Shown one piece after another: positions 25,728 to 30,223 of a stretch of DNA of 30,223 nt. Within the stretch, counting starts at the first letter, position 1, and each line of letters begins with the position of its first letter. Made by a program: the position numbers and the translations under genes. The notes under the pieces are model-generated. The model was not told the origin of the DNA and searched no databases. It saw only the letters and a program-made list of their open reading frames with translations. Source of the DNA: Candidatus Sericytochromatia bacterium (GTDB lineage Bacteria; Cyanobacteriota; Sericytochromatia; S15B-MN24; JAQBPE01). The stretch lies in contig JAYKHR010000073.1 in assembly GCA_035285125.1 (NCBI GenBank), forward strand, positions 1-30,223. Direction: 5' to 3'.

Positions 25728-25970
25728 GCTTCCAGCCTCCCTTGTCGAATTCCGCGTGCGTCAGGATGCTGCGAATGAAGACCGTCCCATTCGTGGGTCC
25801 CACGCGCCAAGTCACCTTGGCGATCAACCTGACCTAGGTTCTGCCCAGGTTGAACACCGTGAGCAGCCCCACCAGGTCGGCAGAGGGAAACGTCTGCCTG
25901 AGCTCGACGAAGTTGCTCCAGGAGGCCTGGCTGACGATCTTGAACCAGGCCTCTAGCGGTTTCTGGGCGG
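25711..25970 (-). pseudogene. higB: HigB-type mRNA interferase toxin, 5'-truncated with an in-frame amber stop
   Basis: AQKPLEAWFKIVSQASWSNFVELRQTFPSADLVGLLTVFNLGRT*VRLIAKVTW...VFIRSILTHAEFDKGGWK; TAG at 25834-25836; no N-terminus or start codon. Confidence 0.8.
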
Positions 25971-27026
25971 CGCTGCTGACGGCGAGGCGGTTGCCGGGGA
26001 CCTCGCGTCGGGGGAGGCGGGGGCTTCGGCCGGGGCCCAGACCTCCACCTCTTGGCTCACCTCGAAGACGACGCGGTAGGGCCGGTGAAGCTCGCGTGCG
26101 AGGAACGCCTCCACCAGAGCGACCTGGCGGGGCGTCGGCGGCTCCACCGTCCGGACGGAGAGGCGCAACAAGGGGCGCTCGTCGCCCAGTTCGAGCTTGA
26201 CGGCCACGAGGTCGAGCCGGCTGAGGGTGATCGTGCGGCGGGTCAGGACGTCCCTGACCGACGCTTGCAAGCGAGCCTTCTCGAGGACCGTCCGCGAGCC
26301 GTAGGCAAGCGGAACCGTCAGCAGGGTGATCAGGGCTGCGGCCTGCTGGAGGGTGCGGCGGCTGTTGGCGCCGAACGTTGCCAGGCCACCGATCGCGAAC
26401 ACGGCCATGCAGGCCACGCTGACGCCGAGCAGGTTCGTCAGGAAGAGCAGCGTGGCTCCCCAGGCGCCCGCCCAGCGCCCCAGCGCGAGGAGGAGCCCCA
26501 CCACGCAGAGGGGCGGCACGAGGGCCACGGCGATCGCCGTGCCGGCGACTGCGTCTCCAATGCGGGGCCGCAGCTTGGCGGCGCCGCTGACCACCCCGGC
26601 GGCCAGGGCGATGCCGAGGTCGAGCAGGGTGGGTTGGGTCCGGGCCGTGGCCTCCGGGCTGGGCTCCGGGTAGCCGACCAGGATGCCCAACACCGCGGCG
26701 ATCGCGATCGGGCCGGCTGCGCTGAGCACGATGGTCGAGAGGGCACGACGGAAGAGCGCCACGTCCCCACGCAACGCGGCGTAGGCCAGGCCTCGGATGG
26801 GCATCATCATCGGCGCGACGATCATCGCGCCGATGATGACGGCCGGGCTGTTGGCCAGGAGCCCGAAGGTGGCTATCACCGCGGAGGAGCAAGCGAGCAG
26901 CACGAACTCCGGGCTGACGGTCGATTCAGCCTTGAGATCCGCCAGCAGCACTGGGCAAACCATCGGGGTCATCCGGGGCGCGGGCGGTGGGCCCGGTCCG
27001 GGGGCCGGAGGGTCAAGGGGTGCCAT
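25953..27026 (-). CDS. DUF389 (TIGR00341-like) membrane protein
   Basis: IATFGLLANSPAVIIGAMIVAPMMMPI, ARTQPTLLDLGIALAAG, GTAIAVALVPPLCVVG, LLFLTNL. Confidence 0.85.
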   Translation of the reverse strand: MAPLDPPAPGPGPPPAPRMTPMVCPVLLADLKAESTVSPEFVLLACSSAVIATFGLLANSPAVIIGAMIVAPMMMPIRGLAYAALRGDVALFRRALSTIVLSAAGPIAIAAVLGILVGYPEPSPEATARTQPTLLDLGIALAAGVVSGAAKLRPRIGDAVAGTAIAVALVPPLCVVGLLLALGRWAGAWGATLLFLTNLLGVSVACMAVFAIGGLATFGANSRRTLQQAAALITLLTVPLAYGSRTVLEKARLQASVRDVLTRRTITLSRLDLVAVKLELGDERPLLRLSVRTVEPPTPRQVALVEAFLARELHRPYRVVFEVSQEVEVWAPAEAPASPDARSPATASPSAAPPRNR

Positions 27027-27155
27027 GCGCCCCACTGTAGCGCAAATGGCGAGCCGTCCCACGTCACCCGGTGAGGAACCTGCCGTGGAACACGCCCAAG
27101 CCGCTCCCGGCGAACACCCTCGGGCGCTGCCGCCCGCGACGTGCTGGTCGTTATC

Positions 27156-28646
27156 CTAAAACAGGTGCCGGTTCAGCAGCAGGTGGACGCCGATGCTGGC
27201 GACATAGCCGAGCACGATGGCCCAGACCCACCTCAGGTGGGACAGGAAGGTGTAGTGCCCCCGAGCCTGCCCCATCAGCGCCACGCCGGCCGCGCTGCCG
27301 ATCGAGAGCAGCGACCCCCCGACCCCGGCCGTCAGGGTCACGAGCAGCCACTGCCCGTGGGACATCTCCGGGTTCATCGAGAGCACGGCGAACATCACGG
27401 GGATGTTATCCACCACGGCGGACAGCAGGCCGATGAGCACGTTGGCCCACGTGGCGCCCAGCCCGCCGTACAGGGCGCTGGATACCAGGGCGAGGTACCC
27501 CAGCGTGCCGAGGCCGCCCACGGCCATGATCACGCCGTAGAAGAACATCAAGGTGTCCCACTCGGCGCGCTCCATCTGCTTGAACGGGTCGAAGGGCCCG
27601 GGCTGGGGCGCTGGCTCCAGCGGCGGCGCCGCGAAGACGTCGTCCGGTTCATCGAGCACGGGGGCTGCGTGCGGGGTGCGGCACTGTAGCACGTAGGCGT
27701 AGAGCTTCAGCAGCCCGAGGCCCGTCATCATGCCGACCACCGGAGGCAGGTGGAGCCACGCATGAAACACCACCGCCAGCGCCACCGTGGCGATGAACAG
27801 CCCCACGATGATCCAGGCGCCTGGGAGGACCGTGACCGTTTCATCTTGGGGCTCAGGGGCACCCCGCCCGATGGCCATCGCCATCAGGCCGGCGGGCACG
27901 AGCCAGTTCACCAGCGCCGGCACCACGAGTGCGAAGAACTCCCCGAACTGCACCACGCCCTTCTGCCACACCATCAGCGTGGTGATGTCGCCGAAGGGGG
28001 AGAAGGCGCCGCCCGCGTTGGCGGCCACCACGATGTTGATGCACGCGAGGGAGACGAAGGCGGGCTGCCCTACCCCGACCGTCACCACCACGGCGCCTGC
28101 CACAAGGGCGGTCGTGAGGTTGTCGGCGATAGGGGAGAGGCAGAAGGCGAAGGCGCCCGTGGCCCAGAACAGGGCCCGGTAGGAAAGCTCGGCGCGCACC
28201 AGCCTGACGCGCAGGGCGTTGAAGACCCCGCGCTCCTCGATGGTGTTGACGTAGGTCATCGCAGCGAGCAGGAACAGGAAGAGCTCTCCGAACTCCAGCA
28301 GGTTATGGCGCACGGCGGCCTCGGCCGCCTGGGGGGCGCCGGCCTGGGACAGCCCCAGGGCGACGAGCACCCAGATGAGGCCGGCTGCCAGCAGCATGGG
28401 CTTGGACTTGCGCAGGTGCAGGACGTCCTCGGCCATCACGAGGGCGTAGGCCACGAAGAAGGTGGCGAGGGCCGCAAGCCCAACCCCTTGGCCCGTGAGA
28501 TCGGGAGGCAGCTGGGCGCCTCCCGAGGCTGCGTGAGCCGGGGCGACGCCCAAGCAGGCAAGCGACCCGAGGGAGGCCAATGCCTGGCGGCAGAGTGGGG
28601 GGCTGAATGGCCTGGCGTCTCGGTCGGGGCTGCACATGCAGGCCAT
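27156..28646 (-). CDS. nhaD: Na+/H+ antiporter NhaD
   Basis: LHLRKSKP, LFLLAAMTYVN, SPIADNLTTAL, AANAGGAFSPFGDITTLMVW, SAVVDNIP, AGVGGSLLSIGSAAGVALMG. Start at 28646 or 28637. Confidence 0.92.
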   Translation of the reverse strand: MACMCSPDRDARPFSPPLCRQALASLGSLACLGVAPAHAASGGAQLPPDLTGQGVGLAALATFFVAYALVMAEDVLHLRKSKPMLLAAGLIWVLVALGLSQAGAPQAAEAAVRHNLLEFGELFLFLLAAMTYVNTIEERGVFNALRVRLVRAELSYRALFWATGAFAFCLSPIADNLTTALVAGAVVVTVGVGQPAFVSLACINIVVAANAGGAFSPFGDITTLMVWQKGVVQFGEFFALVVPALVNWLVPAGLMAMAIGRGAPEPQDETVTVLPGAWIIVGLFIATVALAVVFHAWLHLPPVVGMMTGLGLLKLYAYVLQCRTPHAAPVLDEPDDVFAAPPLEPAPQPGPFDPFKQMERAEWDTLMFFYGVIMAVGGLGTLGYLALVSSALYGGLGATWANVLIGLLSAVVDNIPVMFAVLSMNPEMSHGQWLLVTLTAGVGGSLLSIGSAAGVALMGQARGHYTFLSHLRWVWAIVLGYVASIGVHLLLNRHLF

Positions 28647-28754
28647 CCTAGCACGCTGCCCCAGTGAAGGACCCGCACGCACCCAGCGGCAGCGGCGCGT
28701 CGAGGGGCCTTGACGCTGTTGGCCACGGCACCCGCTCCCCATGGGGCACCGTCG

Positions 28755-29531
28755 TTACCCCTCCGCGTCCGGGCCTGGTGTTGCCAGCCCGAATCTCGGC
28801 CCGAGCCAGTGCGTCAGGCCCTCAAGCGCGCCCGAGGCACAGGGAGCGCTCGCGCGGTAGACCTCCGGTGGTAGCTGCGCCGACAGCGCAGGCTCAGCGT
28901 TGCTGACCACGGCCGCCATGCCCGCGGCCAGCAGCATGTCCAGGTCGTTGCAGGAGTCACCGCACGCAAAGGTGGCGGCGGCCGGGACGCCCAGCTGCGA
29001 TGCGATCCAACGCAGGGCCAGGCCCTTGCCGGCGGCGACAGGAATCACGTCGAGGTCCCGGCGCGAACTCAGGACCAGCCGAGCCCTGATTTGGCTGTGG
29101 CGCAGCCTCTCGGACAGGCTTGCCACCAGGGGCTCAGGGGCGTCTGGCGAGACCCAGCAGCTGACCTTGAACCGGTGGAGCGCCTCGGGCGGCTGCAGCG
29201 CCAGTCCAGGGCTCCGAGCCAGGAGCCGCTTCACCCGACCGGCCGAGAAGTGGCGCCCGACCCGGCGTCGCCAGGCGCGGTCCACCCAGGCTGATGGCCC
29301 CCAGCGGACCTCGGCTCCCAGGCCGGTGGCCCACGCGTCCGGCCAGGGCAGCCCCTCTGTTTTCACCAACTCGGCAGCCGAGGGGTAGGTCCGGCCCGTC
29401 ACGTAGGCCAGGGCCGTGTCGGGAGATCGTGCTTCCAGTGCCTGCTGAAGCTCAGGCGCCACCGCCCCACCGACCAGGGTGCCATCCAGATCGAACGCCA
29501 CCAGCCACCGGGCCGGGCGGGTGGGCCTCAC
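28755..29531 (-). CDS. HAD-IIB phosphatase, sucrose-phosphate phosphatase (S6PP)-like
   Basis: FDLDGTLV, YVTGR, FKVS, LDVIPVAAGKGLAL, CGDSCNDLDML; GTGA overlap with the upstream glycosyltransferase stop. Confidence 0.82.
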   Translation of the reverse strand: MRPTRPARWLVAFDLDGTLVGGAVAPELQQALEARSPDTALAYVTGRTYPSAAELVKTEGLPWPDAWATGLGAEVRWGPSAWVDRAWRRRVGRHFSAGRVKRLLARSPGLALQPPEALHRFKVSCWVSPDAPEPLVASLSERLRHSQIRARLVLSSRRDLDVIPVAAGKGLALRWIASQLGVPAAATFACGDSCNDLDMLLAAGMAAVVSNAEPALSAQLPPEVYRASAPCASGALEGLTHWLGPRFGLATPGPDAEG

Positions 29532-30223
29532 CGAGACACCCCTGAGACGCGTGCGTACAGGGCCGACATGCGGTCTGCCACATGTGGCCACGTGTAGCAC
29601 CTCCGTGCAGTCCGCTCGGCAAACCGGGACACCCGCTGCCAGAACACCGGCTCGTCCAGCAGCAGCCTGCAGCAGTGGGCCAGGGCCGTGGCATCACCGA
29701 CCGGGAACAGGAGCCCCGTTTCGCGATGCACCACGGTCTGCCGCAGCCCCCCCACATCGCTTGCAACCACCGGGGTGCCGCAGGCCATGGCCTCGAGCGC
29801 CACCATCCCGAAGCTCTCGTACCGGCTGGGCACCACCACCACCGACGCGGCCCGGTAGACGTCGGCCACATCCTGGGCGTCGAGGCGGCCGAGCCAGTGC
29901 ACCCGGGACGCCCAGGGCTGCTCGGCGACCAGGGCGCGGAGGCGGTTGTGCTCCTGCTCGTCGGCCCCACCCGGGACGAAGCCACCCGCCAGCAGCAGGT
30001 GGGTGTCCGACTCCATCGCCAGCTGGCTGAAGGCCTCCATCAAGGTTTCCAGGCCCTTGCCGGGGTCGAAGCGCCCCACGTAGGCCAGCAGTGGCTCGGT
30101 TGGGGGCAGCCCCCACCGTGCGCGGGCCGCCTGGCGGTCGCCAGGGTGAAACACGGCCGGGCTGTAGCCGCAAGGGATGACCTCGGGCTTGCCGGTGGCC
30201 TTGTAGTGACGGGCCCTGGCGAT
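29528..30223 (-). CDS. GT4 glycosyltransferase (SPS/MshA-like), 5' end outside the window
   Basis: Open frame to the window edge: EVIPCG...YVGRFDPGKGLETL...VVVPSRYESFGMVALEAMACGTPVVASDVGGL...ETGLL. Confidence 0.85.
   Translation of the reverse strand: MARARHYKATGKPEVIPCGYSPAVFHPGDRQAARARWGLPPTEPLLAYVGRFDPGKGLETLMEAFSQLAMESDTHLLLAGGFVPGGADEQEHNRLRALVAEQPWASRVHWLGRLDAQDVADVYRAASVVVVPSRYESFGMVALEAMACGTPVVASDVGGLRQTVVHRETGLLFPVGDATALAHCCRLLLDEPVFWQRVSRFAERTARRCYTWPHVADRMSALYARVSGVSR

Noticed and set aside
25834..25836. Programmed amber readthrough (pyrrolysine or recoding) in higB
   Set aside because: The gene also lacks its 5' end and the partner is frameshifted; other genes here use TAG as a normal stop.
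25177..30223. Intact prophage or ICE at tRNA-Glu
   Set aside because: No integrase, phage genes or duplicated tRNA 3' end visible in the window.

Overview
GC-rich bacterial chromosomal segment with about 24 intact CDSs, one tRNA-Glu(TTC) and a decayed higBA toxin-antitoxin pair. The left part holds secreted Ig-fold lipoproteins, an XRE regulator, oligoendopeptidase F, class I FBP aldolase, a small RpoZ-like ORF, a TPR/zinc-ribbon protein, a FabH-like/SDR/MBL-hydrolase trio, prfC and trkA. The centre (about 13.9-23.6 kb) is the most interesting part: three double-HKD phospholipase D genes (two of them lipoprotein paralogues) and several unknown lipoproteins. Four of its intergenic regions carry five arrays of 11-bp-periodic YTTAAYYW-like repeats resembling the cyanobacterial SphR/Pho box, suggesting a co-regulated surface phospholipid-processing system. 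Right of the tRNA are the higBA pseudogenes and a probable osmotic/salt cassette (GT4 SPS-like synthase, S6PP-type HAD phosphatase, NhaD, DUF389). The gene style (many Pro/Ser-rich lipoproteins, cyanobacteria-like motifs, no photosynthesis genes in view) would fit a non-photosynthetic cyanobacterial relative such as Sericytochromatia, but that is unverified inference. All family calls come from reading motifs by eye, not from database searches.
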